A DNA stretch of 64,000 nucleotides from Styela clava (lineage: Eukaryota): contig NC_135259.1 of NCBI RefSeq assembly GCF_964204865.1, positions 10,664,001 through 10,728,000 on the forward strand, in the 5' to 3' direction. The notes below the pieces were generated by a model that was not told the DNA's origin, did no database searches, and saw only the letters and a list, made by a program, of their open reading frames with translations. Position 1 is the first letter of the stretch. Each line of letters starts with the position of its first letter. Shown here piece after piece: positions 1 through 13,500 of this stretch. The translations under genes and the position numbers were made by a program.

Positions 1-2257
1 TCACTTATTATTTCAACTTATACTTCTAAGGCATGATACCTGAAATGTCTCAACTTCATAGATTTGGATGCAAGGTGTTACAGAAAACACCGACGTTTCT
101 TTAAAGTCTGTATCATCGAATCCCTGTGTAAAAGTATTAGAAGAGAAGCAATTTCAATATCCGTAGCAATCTATACATATTTCAGATTACCAAATAATTC
201 GTATCGACCAACGTGTCAATTTTTAATTCATACATAATTCGATTCAATACATAACGGTTTATCATTTGAAGGTTTGAAGCATATTAAAAATTCTATGTAT
301 ATAATATATATATAATATTTTTTGGATTAATGTTATTATTAGATTTAAAACTGCTCAGTACTGTCACATTATAATCCGTGTACAACCTGTGAAAAGCATT
401 CGTTAGAACAATGACCGTTGATTCTGAAGCTGTCGGCATTCGGAGGAATGAATATGCCCTGGATCGATTGAGATATTGTAATTATTCCAGCATCATATTT
501 TCGAAGGTTTTCTGTGTTTCTGCGAACTCCCGAACTGTCGATAATATTTGAAACAACCAAGCATATTTTGAATTTAAGTTTAATGCTGCTTCATCAAATG
601 CAATCGATGTGTACAGTGTGCACGATGATATAATATCCTGATTCCAAATAATATAAATGTATTAATGACTTTCCTCACGTTAACCTACTTAGATATGGAT
701 ATACGCCACAATATTCAAGGTTTTTAATGTAACTTTGAGTTAGGTTGCGCAAAACTAACTCCCTATCCGTCTTCAATGCCTTTATGCTTTTTAATGTAAT
801 GTTAATACTTTTGATTTGCCTGATTCTTCCTTACCAGGCTCCAAATCCGGATTATCATATTGGGTTTCTAGCAAAACGTATTTTGGCCCATCTTTTCCCC
901 CGAGCGGATATCCGGCCTCGATTGGAAAACGAACATTAGACATTCCTACAGCCCAAACAACGAACATTTTTGAACAGCCCGCCCGGAATGGATTCATTTC
1001 TGCGAAGCATTTCAGATCTTTTCCAAGCTGCGAACGAACCTGGAAGTCGGAATAAAAAATATTTAGATATTATCTAGTTATGAGAAGTGTTTTTTTGAAA
1101 TGTGCATGTGTTAAAAGGTAGAAAATCTTTGAAAATTTGTTGAATTATTTTATTTTTCTAACGCAGTTTGTAGCTATTGAAATAACCTAACATTTATTAA
1201 GTTGAGCATAGCAAAAACTAGCGGAGCAGCATCATTTTCTTTGCAATTTTCTTTATGCTTTCGAAATCGCCCATTAGATTTACTTATTATTCGTTGAATG
1301 ATGATCACCATTTTGCGGGATACATGGTGATATCTGCGAGCTAATTACGACACAGACCGCAGCACATTAGCTCCTACAAAATGAATATTTGATTCACGCC
1401 AAATTTTAGTGTAGCATTTTCACTTTCCCTTCGGCAACTCCGGTAAATCTTATACAAGTAAGCTAAAAAAGTAAATGAATGTGAGATGATATTTGGAATT
1501 AACGATATCCGGCTTATCCGTATCAGTGAAATTGTTTCCGTTCGCAAGTCTTACCTGCTGTCTTATCAAGATACTTTACTGAAAAAAGAATAATACAAAC
1601 CCTCAAGTCTTCACATAAAAATACGATCAAATGATGAACCTTCTTTTTGTTCCCCGGAGTGATGACAATGTCAAACTAGGAAATATACGAATATAAAATT
1701 AGACCAGTATATATATATATATATTCAAAAATGACGTATTCGGGTTGTATTTCACTTAATAGCGTTTTGTTCTAATGATAACAACTTCTGATATGTCATG
1801 ATAGTGGCTACTCAATCATTGAATACGTCTGTAAAGTTACAGTCTTTCAATTTAGACTCCAAAATAAGGTTTACGACTGCCATTTCCAAAGTATTTCTTC
1901 TTACCCCTATTACATGATGAACTTCCGGTTCCTCTGGTAATTTGAATAATTTGCATAGATAGAATGTATCAAGATTCGGAATTCGAAAATTTGTTGATCG
2001 AATATCACACTGCTTGTAAATCTCCTCGGCAAGGTTTGTTTGGAATTAGCAATATTAGCTAGGTTATCATGGCAATTTGCGAGCACTGCGATGCATTGTT
2101 GAACGTTATGAATTCCGTCTCAAGTTTAGGAAGATTGTTTGAAAGTTGACGGTTTGCTCGAATAAAATAATTTTTAGCAATATTTTTCTGTGAAATAGTA
2201 CTGGTTTGATTTAGAAAATTTTCACCCAAATATGTAATGAACTGGCTATACGGTGCA

Positions 2258-2290
<33 letters not shown>

Positions 2291-3232
2291 TATTAGTGGC
2301 TCTTCGATATCGATACGACAAGGCCTTATGGGTACGGAGAAAAAGTTCAGCCGTACAAGCGTACATCAGGGGGGAAGATTGCTAAAGCATTTATCTTTAA
2401 ATAAAGTAAAACAGCAAAATTTCGGGGAAAACTGAACCATAGGTCTCATTAAACATTTTGAAAACGTGGGAACGCTTTTTAGAAACTCTTTCTATTTTTA
2501 GGTACAGAAAATTTGAAATCGTTTTGTTCATTATTTGCGGAGTAGAGCGATTATTACCGACAACAAACCAGTCACTTCAACAACGAGGGAACAGCAATAT
2601 TTTAAAGTAAAGCTTATGCAAAATACCCGTTAAATCCAGTTCGTGTCCAAATTTACATTTTAGATGACAAGATCAAAGATAAATGAACTTATTCGTGTTG
2701 ACAAAAATGAACAAGTATAGAAAAAAAAAGAATCCATGTATAAAACTACCTTTATTATCAATCTGTATAACAGCATTAATCAGTTTCAAATTTTTTGCCT
2801 CTGAAATTACATAAAGATTCTAACTGAATAATATAAATATATACTGGTATCTGTTTTAATGATAGGACTATTAAACGTCGTTGCTGAGCTAGTTTCCAAT
2901 CCAGTTCAAAACGATGAAGCAATGGGGTTCTGGTTGGTATATTAATTTTTATACGTGGGATAATTAATTGGGAGTTTCAAAAAAGCAAGTATTGCACTAA
3001 CCTCTGTTTCTCATATGATAATTAGACTGGCCTGGCTGCATTCTAACAATATCGTTTCCACCATACGCCCAAATTACTCGATAAGTTCCTTCCTGTAAGA
3101 GTGAATTATATTTAGAAAAGTTGATTTCATAACCTTCTCAACTGCTCCGTGGCTTTTGTAAAATAGACAGGCAATCAGGCAATTTATGCCGTGGTTATGA
3201 CAATGGAAATCTTTCCAATTTGTCATATTCTA

Positions 3233-3639
3233 TCAATTTGATCATACCCAGGTTATGTTTGACTTAGAACACATCGCTAGACTGAAAATTTCGAACCGGA
3301 TCAATTTGATCATACCCAGGTTGTGTTTGACTTAGAACACATCGCTAGACTGAAAATTTCGAACCGGATCAATTTGATCATACCCAGGTTGTGTTTGACT
3401 TAGAACACATCGCTAGACTGAAAATTCCGAACCGGATCAATTTGATCATACCCAGGTTGTGTTTGACTTAGAACACATCGCTAGACTGAAAATTTCGAAC
3501 CGGATCAATTTGATCATACCCAGGTTGTGTTTGACTTAGAACACATCGCTAGACTGAAAATTTCGAACCGGATCAATTTGATCATACCCAGGTTGTGTTT
3601 GACTTAGAACACATCGCTAGACTGAAAATTTCGAACCGG
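3233..3639. repeat. Tandem repeat, 6 x 68 bp, in intron 8 of copy A
   Basis: Unit TCAATTTGATCATACCCAGG...GAACCGGA starts at 3233, 3301, 3369, 3437, 3505 and 3573; units nearly identical. Copy B has one diverged unit (~15334-15397). Confidence 0.95.
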
Positions 3640-6600
3640 CCCAACGCTAGAAATAGTAGATAAATAGAAAAATCTATTGAGCGGCTTTGGAAATTGAAAA
3701 ATTCTTTGTCATTATTGACGTAAACAGAAATCAGTTGAAAAACGTAGCTACAAATATAAATGATGATATTTTTGCTTAAATCAGCGACGCATGCCTCATT
3801 TTTGAGGTTACAGATTTTTGACTTATAAATTATAACTATACAGGTTTTGACTGTGTCTAACTGAAAGTACTTTACATACACATATGTTCTTGTCATCATT
3901 ATCACACGTGACTCGTTTCCTGATAACGGTTGCCATGGTGTGTGTTCCATTCTCCCAACTTTCAAGCAATTTAACATCCTGCTGTTCGTCAACATCAGGT
4001 ATGCCATTTTTATCCGAGTGACAGTCTTATTATGTAAGATTAATTATAGTTAAAATCAGGTAACCTAATCTAGTTTTATAGTTTAATGTTTCGTTAACTA
4101 CATAACAAACATACCACCAAGACATAAATGTCTTACCAATACGTAGGTTTCGCTGTTCAACTTTCCTGCGATAATTAAATCCGGACATAGAAGATGTCTG
4201 CGAGAAACCTATTTCTATCCAACCCGTTGTAGGAGCAATAAACTGAAACCATAAAAAAGTGAGAAAATTGAATAAAACGAAGGAGAGCAAAAAAAGGAAT
4301 AACGAAATGCGGTATCACGAAAGAGACAATCAAGAGATACAGCGAAAATCCGTAAGAATGAGAAAACTCACTTGCAATGATATATTCTCCTCGTCAAAAT
4401 TCTATTTTAGTTGCACAGTTTCTTCTGCATCAAGCCAAACACTATAAGGAAAATTTTCATCGATCACACCAAGATGCACTTCATCTATATTTGCTTTCGA
4501 TACGGGGATGGTTGGTGGCGTAGTAGTGGGCGTGGTTGCTGTCAAACGTGACGCGTTTTTACCATCCGTTTCTGGTTTTATTCCAAGAGTGTTCAATAAT
4601 CGACAACCTAAAAAAAATAGATAAAAATAATGTTACAGTAATTTACAGTCATGTTAATGTTACAGTCATTTCAATTATTATTTTTAGATAATTTCGACTT
4701 TGGAGGCTCAATTATTATATACGTTTAGTGTTGAAGTGCGTGTAATATTGGATTGCGAATACATTTGTATTCTTAATGTTTTGGTTCATAATTTATTTGC
4801 ATAGTTGCTTATCTGTATTACGTATATTTAAAGTAATAATTTACCTCTTTTTAATTCCCTCTGCTAATTATTTTAAATTTGATAAAAATTTTTAACGACG
4901 GAAAATGACATACCTCTGTTCGTCCAATGATAATCTTCACATAATATTTCTTCTGTTTTGTCTTTATCACCAAAAGCCCAAAGAAAGTTATTGTCTCCTT
5001 TCCAAATTAGATTTTGAATTATTTTGTTTAAGAACATAACATGCGTCATTGGTACTATAAATAAAAAGAAAAAAGAACCGTTTTTGTTCAACATAGTGTG
5101 AAGTTTCCATTTTTAACTTTTTACATATAGTTTCGTAAATAACAAAATACATTTACATTTTCGTATTCAGTTAAGTTATTAATGTAAATTAAACTTAAAC
5201 CTAATTTGATATTCCTATATGTGTGGATGTGAACAGAAAAACACTTTACAGATATCTCGTTGTCTTTTGTTGTATCTTTAGATTTGAGTGGTCGTTTAAT
5301 TTTCATGTAGGTTGTTCCATTTTCAGCACTGTTGAGTATTGTCACATCTTGATTGATATCTATTCGCATCATTCCCGTCATTTCAGAGTATGCATCCTGT
5401 GAGAGTGAACATTTAAACTATTTTAATATATATGCATACTTAAAAATTGTATAAATAAACATATATGTTTTTAGAAATGAAGCAATACCCAAGATATATC
5501 AAGATACTTCATTTTCTGATCAATGTTACTCATGTATAACAAATGAAAGACGTTCTTCGCTGGCTCTCGTATTAAATAAAGGAAATTCCAATAACGAAAA
5601 AGGGTTTAAATTACTATTCTAGATTGATACCGTTTCGAGCACGATTTAAAAAAATAAAGCACTTATTGGCGTTAAAATGTCATTAATCCATGTTCTTACC
5701 CAGGCGTACGGTTTTTCATCCTTTATGCCCATTATGATGAGATCTGCTTTTTGCATCGTTTTTGTCTCTGAAAATCCAATTCCGACCCATCCCAAAGTTG
5801 GCGCGGATACCTTGAAAAATACCAATTATGAATCTTCTATCTGTGATGTGGGATTTATAATTTATTGTAAGAGTAACAACTATGACTTCATTCCAAAGGG
5901 GTTGTAGTGTGAAAATGACCAAATCCGTGCGAAGACATAAAGTATTCTACATTTTGTAATTTAATTACATAATACAAAAAATATGTTTTTGAATCAGATT
6001 AAATCTTGCATATATTGCCAAAACATTATATAAATAATATAATAATACATTATATAATAAAAATATAGGTATAAATATGTCAGATTAGTATCAACTAATG
6101 GAGCGCCGCCCTATATTTATTCCCTTTTAAATTTTGCTTCATCTTAGATAATTGCAGATATTCAAAATTTACAAGATTTATTAGGGCACTGTAACAAACA
6201 TGTTTAAATTTAAAATGTATGATAAGGCAAAGACTGCCATTGCCATTGCCAACGTAGACTACGTTGACAGCGTAATGTAACATTAGTACTTGTAAACGCT
6301 GGATAGCTTAGTGCGAATCAAAAATTTCTCTATTTGACGAATGAAGAAAAGTCAACTAGTGTACACATACTTATCGCGTATTAATCGAAACTTAAAACAC
6401 GATAAACAATATTCTATTACTTGTCGAATGTGATATGTGATAGCTTCCTAGGAACTGCTTTCAGATGGCTTATGACACATTCTCTCGCAATATTCATTCG
6501 ATGCGACTTATCAAACGTTAAACCAAGGCCCTGTCGCATGGCGTCGAGCAAATGAGAAGTTTCGGCACACAACCCACACTTGGTATACATTATAGCGGAA

Positions 6601-6820
6601 TGTATTTGATACGCTGACCGCTGCATATGTATTTTTAGTTCAATAAGGTTTTCTCTTGAAACTAATGGTCATCTCACTTTGATTTTGGAAAAGCGGATTA
6701 AATTGAAAGGTATAATTTTCCCCAATTTGCTGTAGTTTTATGCCTATGGTATAGAGATAAGTATCAAATACAAAATGTATATACGCAAATTATTTTGGAC
6801 TGTTGAAAAAAGTGAACTAA

Positions 6821-8379
6821 AACAACACAAAGTCGCATCATTTAACATGGCGTGGAAAACTTTTGATAATACAATCTCTCGCTCTACCGTTAACACTACT
6901 GGAAGCTAAAACAAGAATAATACCAACCCGATACCTTAACAATATTCAGTCCATATTTTTTAAATATCTATGGTATCCTGAATACCTAGAGAGTATCGCT
7001 CGGAAAACGTTGCTCCTTCCCGTGAGAAAGGGCGGAATAAGTATGATAGATATTAAACTAAAATCTCATGCATGTCTTTTCCAAAAACTGACCACAATAC
7101 TTAGCATAAATGCCCCAACCGAATTCTGGCACTTCGAGGCGCTATATACTCTCGGCGCGAGAAAAAGAATCTTCGACAAGTCGCTATACAACAACTCGGC
7201 ACCCCGTGCACTCCAAATTGACCAGCACTGGCAGCATATCCTGAATATTGGTTATATTATGGACCTTGGCCAATCCGAAAGGGGAGGAGCAACCTTGCGC
7301 TTTCTTTACGATAGGTTAAAGTAAAGTCTTATGAATTCGACCGAACAGAAATATGTGAATGGCCAAAAATACACTTAGCAGATGACCGACTAAAGCAACA
7401 CTTTTCAAATGCCGAACGACAAACGTCATATAGGATTAAGAGAGATGGGTACCTCTTTGGCCACAGGAAGTGGAGGTTTGATATTTTACGAAACAACGAA
7501 AACTCTCACTTACTGAAATTGAACTGCAGATTCTGTAGAGAAAACCCGGATACCACTCCCCACATCTTTCTGAGGTGCCCCCAATATCTAAAGCTTCATA
7601 ACTCAGTTAGCCAAACACTGGAAATTATAACAGGCCACAAATTACCATTAAGTCGGCAACAAATATTCGACAACACTTTTGAAGATAAATACCAACTTGT
7701 TGTACTCAAAATTTTCTCTGTACTAAAATCTGAAGTCATCCAACTAAAAATTGAATTAGACAGGCAAAATAGATATGGAACCGTCTGCGATATAGAAAGT
7801 GTATATCAAAGAGTAATATTAAAATTTACTCAATAAATGGACAACATAATACTTACGCTTGTATCAGCCCAAATATTTGAACTCAGGTCAGACTAGAAAA
7901 CTCTACTACTTCAGAACAGAGTAGCGACTTAGCCACCCATAATAACTGCATCCCCGCCCCCCACAAACGGGAGCGTAAAACTGCTAAAACCATCACAACC
8001 CCTACGGAAATGATGAAAAGGTAGCTTCACAGTGGATGTCATGCTGTGTGCGCGCTACACGTCTTCACATAGTATGTACCGAAGCCAGGGCAGCGGAAGT
8101 TGAGCTATGCATGGCAATAACGGAAGCCCTGGGCTAACGTCATGCTATCTGGCAAATAGCGTGTAGAGAAGCTCGGGGTCGAAGTTTTTACCGTGCAATG
8201 CATAGCATATACGGAAGCTCCCAGATATGTATGACGGTCGTGTACCCCGCGACATGACTACGAAGCGTTAGTACCGATGTGACTCGGATATAACGTGTCT
8301 TCGAGACACTGATCCGAGACCAGAAAACTCCGTAAAATCCGTAAAAAAAAAAAATGAAAAAAAAAACAAAAAAAAAAAA
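6821..8379 (+). mobile_element. 5'-truncated L1/Tx1-type non-LTR retrotransposon in intron 1 of copy A (antisense to the gene)
   Basis: ORF2 C-terminal remnants (LLLPVRKGGISMIDIK; CCHC knuckle CRFC-x8-H-x4-C); poly(A) tail 8343-8379; TSD AACTAA at 6815-6820 and 8380-8385; copy B has the empty site (GTGAACTAAGATC, 18681). Confidence 0.9.
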
Positions 8380-9139
8380 AACTAAGATCAATTTCATGAC
8401 AAAGCACAATTAAAGCCCATACAGCGTATACTTTCACTTACTTCAAATATTATATCTTCGCCATCAAATTGCCAACCAACTGTAAAACCTTTTTCCATAT
8501 CTTCTGAAAACTCCAATTTTGCTTCACTTACGACAGCAAGCAATATCAAAGACGCTGAAGTTAGCAGCATGGCCGTAATGTTGTAGGGTACCCTCGAAGT
8601 CAAAAAAAAGTGACGGTTGCCTTAGTCTATACAAAAAGTGCTTTAAACACCATAACAAGTAAAAATCATCATAACGATTGGCAACATGCCATGTTTTCGG
8701 CATATAATTTGCGCATGGCGAGACGAGCCTTTTACTATCAAATGTGACCATTCTCGCAAGTCACACGGTATTTGAATATAAACTTGATCTAACACGAAAT
8801 ATTCCCTACTGTCGTGACAAGGCAATATTGCGTGAAGTTTCTATCACGTGGCATGCTCGCTCTCGGATTACTTCGAAATTAAATTATCTCAGAAAGCAAT
8901 CAATAAATATAAGAAAAAAAAAACATTATATAATTTTTTGCTGGAATTTAAAAACAAAACTTTCTTATGTACGTACAAAGGTTACGAATTTTGTTGTTAT
9001 TTGAAACGTATATTAATTAACATTGCCGCAGGCTTGTTAGCGCAAAAACAAGGTCACTTTGAATATGGCAACTTTGCGTTGCAATAATGCAGTTTCGAAC
9101 TAAATATGAGCAACCTTGTCGATGGATCAGCTCCATTAA

Positions 9140-9520
9140 ATAAACAACTTCTCAACAGCGTTTTGTTTCTGTTCCAACAGATATTCGACGAACTCCAAAA
9201 TTATGAAAAAGCAACAGGGCAAAAAAAAAAAAACAATATCGAAAAAACTCAAATACTTTGTCTTGCAAACAAAGAAAAAGAACTGCTGTTATCCCCTTTC
9301 AAAGCATATCAGAGGGAAATAGTTGAAATCATAGAAATATATTATGGCCACGGTCAAGATACTAAAACATGGTATGAAATGACACCAAGAAGCTATATAT
9401 TTTATCGGATTAAAAATGAAGAAAATCAATGAATATTATACAACAGCAGAACACCAAATCACCAAATCATACCAAAAATGTGGCAAAAATATTTGAAACC
9501 ACTAAAACAAATAACTAACT
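9140..9520 (+). mobile_element. Degenerate L1/Tx1-like reverse transcriptase fragment
   Basis: IFDELQNYEKATGQKK..NIEKTQIL resembles the post-YADD segment of L1/Tx1 RT; frameshifted; ends not defined. Confidence 0.55.
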
Positions 9521-10517
9521 CTCGTGTAACCTGATTTCTAAACTTGAGTTGGAGTCCAGCCTAACTTACAAACATGATTAACACAAGTAATTCGCCCTAA
9601 GGATGTAGACAGCGTGTGCCACCGAAGCCGGAACATATCGCTATTTTACGCAAAAACGCTGGTGCAGGCGATTTGTTCCGATTCTGGGATATTCGTTCCT
9701 ACCAAAGTCAAGAAATAATGCGTCATTAGATAATAATTAGTATTATTTTAGTAATTGGGTATGTGTAAAAATGTTTGATTATTAAATTACGTCGAGGTAT
9801 GTGTTGTGCGTATGTGTGCATATTGTGCGTGTGTGTTTTACCGATAGTGCAATGGCAGTTGCGGAATACTTTCCCTCTATTCATTATCATGACTAGTTAA
9901 CGCCTGGTAAACGTGTAATCAATAGAAAATGATATGAACTTCCTATGGCAAAAAAATCAAGATCTTCATGGGAATGGTTAGTATTATCGAAAGATTGGAA
10001 TAGGGGACACATTGATTGAGAATTGAAAGGCTGACTGTGAAGTGAAGACGTCAGTGTCTGCACAAGGCATCACGAGGTGAGTTATATTTAAAATCTGGGG
10101 AATCAATTTACTGTATATCAGATTTTTGTGGGATACTAATTATAGAACACTGAGAGTTGTATTTGATTACAAAAGAACCTGACCCTCATAAAAACTACAA
10201 AACACATTTTCTATAGTGTATGTACAGAAATTCTTATATATATATATATTGTTATAACTCCTTTATTCAGATTTAAAGACAATAATAATCGTAATAAAAA
10301 AACGAGTGAAATGGCTATGTCCGGATTTCTTCATTTATCTGCTGCATATTATACTTCCATACCATGTTTCATATTAAAAAAGGGACGCGATTTTTATTTC
10401 ATTATTGTGCGGAAAATTGACAAAGTTATAGTCAAGAGAGCTTGAATACATTATATTCCATTAACATAAGACATGATATGCCAGTGAGTTTCGACCAAAG
10501 AATGCTCTGCGCCACGT

Positions 10518-13500
10518 TTAAAGAGAAAGTTTTGCGGCAATTAATATAACAAGAATAAGAGCCGCAGCCATAACGACAAGCATAGCAGGCGAATCAACCT
10601 CTTCTGATGTTGACTCAATTTTAATTGATGTTCCAGTAATTGAGTCTTCTTCCCTGAGTGAACACACATTCTTCTCTTTAAATGGTTCATACTTTGGAAC
10701 CACGATGTCTTGCATGTAACCCTGTAAAAAACAAACATTTCGATGTATGCTTTTAAGGTAGGAAGTTGAATATTATCCCGTCATAATATATTTGTGATAA
10801 AACAGGTGAACTTAGTCTAATTCTAAGATCAGTACACCTGAAAACTAACTGACTTCTGCATTATATCACTATCACTTCCAGGCGTCAAATATATATTTCG
10901 ATAAAAGTTTTATTAAAAACAATTCAAGGCTAGTCAAAATCTTGCCGTAGTCATTATCCTATTTCTATAGAGATTTTCAAATATATATTCAAAACGTAAA
11001 TATTATACCAATAACAGTTTCTGCCTGTATGTGCAAAATGGTCTCCTTTTCGATTCAGCCATGTACTTCTCCGCGAATTTTCTTTTCTCATCGGTCCATT
11101 CAACCTTAAAATAAAGTACATGAATAGAAATTTTATTTACATGACAGATATTAGAAATATACTACCTCAACATTGACAGTTATTACTTATAATTAATATT
11201 TACCGTTGCATAGATAATATATCTGATTTACACCAACTAAGCCATTTTGCATATGACTTACTTTGTTCAAAACCATTGTAGCCAAAACATCCATAACTTC
11301 AACCGGCCTCTCTTGTGCCTCCTTTGCAATACGGTCACCTTCCTCTTTAGTTACGGACTCTCCAAGTCCCCAAACCAGACTGACAAAGGATTCCTCGGTT
11401 TCTGAATAATATTGTGTATTATACATAGTTTAAATCCATTTGTGGTGCAAATTTTTTCATTTTTTTCAAGTTGGTGGGCTAGTATTTAACATACAGATAC
11501 GTAACCACCTCAACTGGAATAATATTTCACAGTGTGACGATGCGAAATCTTGGGTAGTTAAGCGGAAGAGGCAAGATAAACAGATGTATGCGATATTTAT
11601 CAAAACAGAAGAAAAACAACGCTACAATTTGTACCAAGACTATTCTATGACAGAAAATTTTTGGATAATAAACTAAAAGTGTAGGAAATAGACCGATAAT
11701 TTATATTCAATGAGCATACGCTATATGTAAACATGTTTGTCGTAAGGAAAACGTTTTAGATTGAAAAACGAAAAATTCAAATATGATATTTAAAATACAT
11801 AATAAATGTATCATAAATATATATATAATCGTCAAAACAGGTAAAAACGAACTCATCTCACCCATAACTGGAACGCGAGAATCGCAGAAATCCAGTTTTA
11901 GTGCGGGGTAATGGAACACGAATGATGTACACATTTCGTTCCTTGTTCCCAAGCCGCCCTGAAAAGAAACAGTAAATAAAAAAGAAATAACGAAACATAT
12001 TTCATTTTAAAGTAACTCATACTTTCCAAAATACTGTCTACATTGAACTCATGTTAGATAACTAAGATTAATTTGTCGTGCTCCATTTACGCAATAAAAT
12101 TGAATTTCAAGTCAATATTTACATTTTATGCTTCGTCTTGACTGATATGTTTTAACTGTAATCGTATGTTGTAATTATACCCCAGGATCTAAGTGGGAAT
12201 TTCCGGCATTTCAATCTAATTATATATATACTGTATATATAATGCAATTAATTGACTTTCTCGAAACCTATTACATAAATAACAAACCGTGGTAACATTG
12301 GTTTTTCCAACCGTATCGTAGTCACACTGCATTATGAAAGAATCGCCTTTACGTATCTTCACATCCATGAATTGAGATTCTTGATAATCAAAGTCGTAAT
12401 GATCATCTTTTGCAATAGGCTCCAATTCCTTTTTGCCTCTGCAGGTTTAGAATCACTTGTGAGATGGCGTTTGAGTATGGATAAAATTTAGTATATATAT
12501 GGTATGTTTTTTACGGCTTCACTAATTATCGTTATGTGTTTTCAACGTATACTTCCAAAGCATGATACCTGAAATGTCTCAACTTCATGGATTTTGCTGT
12601 AAGGTGGCCGTGTAGTGTCACAGAAAACACTGTCGTTTCTTCAACGTCTGTACCATCGAATCCCTGTGTAAAAGTTTAAAATCTAATAAAAATTCTGTGT
12701 ATATGTATATATATATATATAATTCTTTTTTTTTTTGGATAAATGTTATTTATAAATTTAAAAAAACAGCTTTTTTAATTACTGCCACATTAGAATCCGT
12801 GTACAAACCTGTGAAAAGCATTCGTTAGAACAATAACCGTTGATTTTGAACCTTTCGGCATTCGGAGGGACAAATATGCCCTGGATCGATTGTGATATTG
12901 TAAGTAATCCGGCATCATATTTTCGAAGATTTTCTGTGTAGTAAAAGCGAACTCCCGAACTGTCGATAATATCTGAAATCATCAAGCATATTTATAAATA
13001 AGTTTAATGCTGCTTTAAATGTAATTGCGGTGTACAGTGTGAACGATGATATATTATCCTGATTTCAAATAATAAAAATATATGATTTTGCTCACGCCAA
13101 TATGCTTCGTTACGAATATAGGACTCAATATTTCAGGTTTTAAATGTAATATTGATATTTTTAATTTGTCCGATTCTTTCTTACCAGGCTCCAAATCCGG
13201 ATTATCATAATGGGTTTCTAGCAAAACGTATTTTGGCCCATCTTTTCCTCCGATCGGATATCCGGCCTCGATTGGAAAACGGAAATTAGACATTCCTACA
13301 GCCCAACCAGCGAACATTTTTGAACAGCCGGCCCAAAATGGATTCATTTCTGAGAAGCATTCCAGATCTTTTCCGAGCTTTGACTGATCCTGAAAGTCGG
13401 AATGAGGTATTTTGATTTTATTTTGTTATACGAAGTGGATTTTTAATGTGCAGGTGGTAAAAAGTGGAAAATCTCCGATAAATTACTTCATTTTTTCAAA

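Larger units (their letters stand above)
1..8570 (-). pseudogene. MOXD1: Double-DOMON DBH-like monooxygenase, copy A (pseudogene; exons 1-15 in window, 3' part off-window)
   Basis: Exon-by-exon homology to copy B, with these lesions: 5-nt deletion (GCTGA) at ~4180 frameshifting exon 7; acceptor AG->AA at 2036 (exon 11) and 548 (exon 14); CuH ligand His->Gln (LETQYDNP, ~860); 11-nt deletion at ~75 removing the CuM H-G-H motif and shifting frame. Confidence 0.9.

Noticed and set aside
3233-3639. CRISPR-like array
   Set aside because: Units repeat head-to-tail with no unique spacers; there are no cas genes and the context is a eukaryotic intron.
8020-8345. Hammerhead or HDV-like ribozyme in the LINE 3' UTR
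   Set aside because: No CUGANGA...GAAA core or nested pseudoknot could be assembled by eye.
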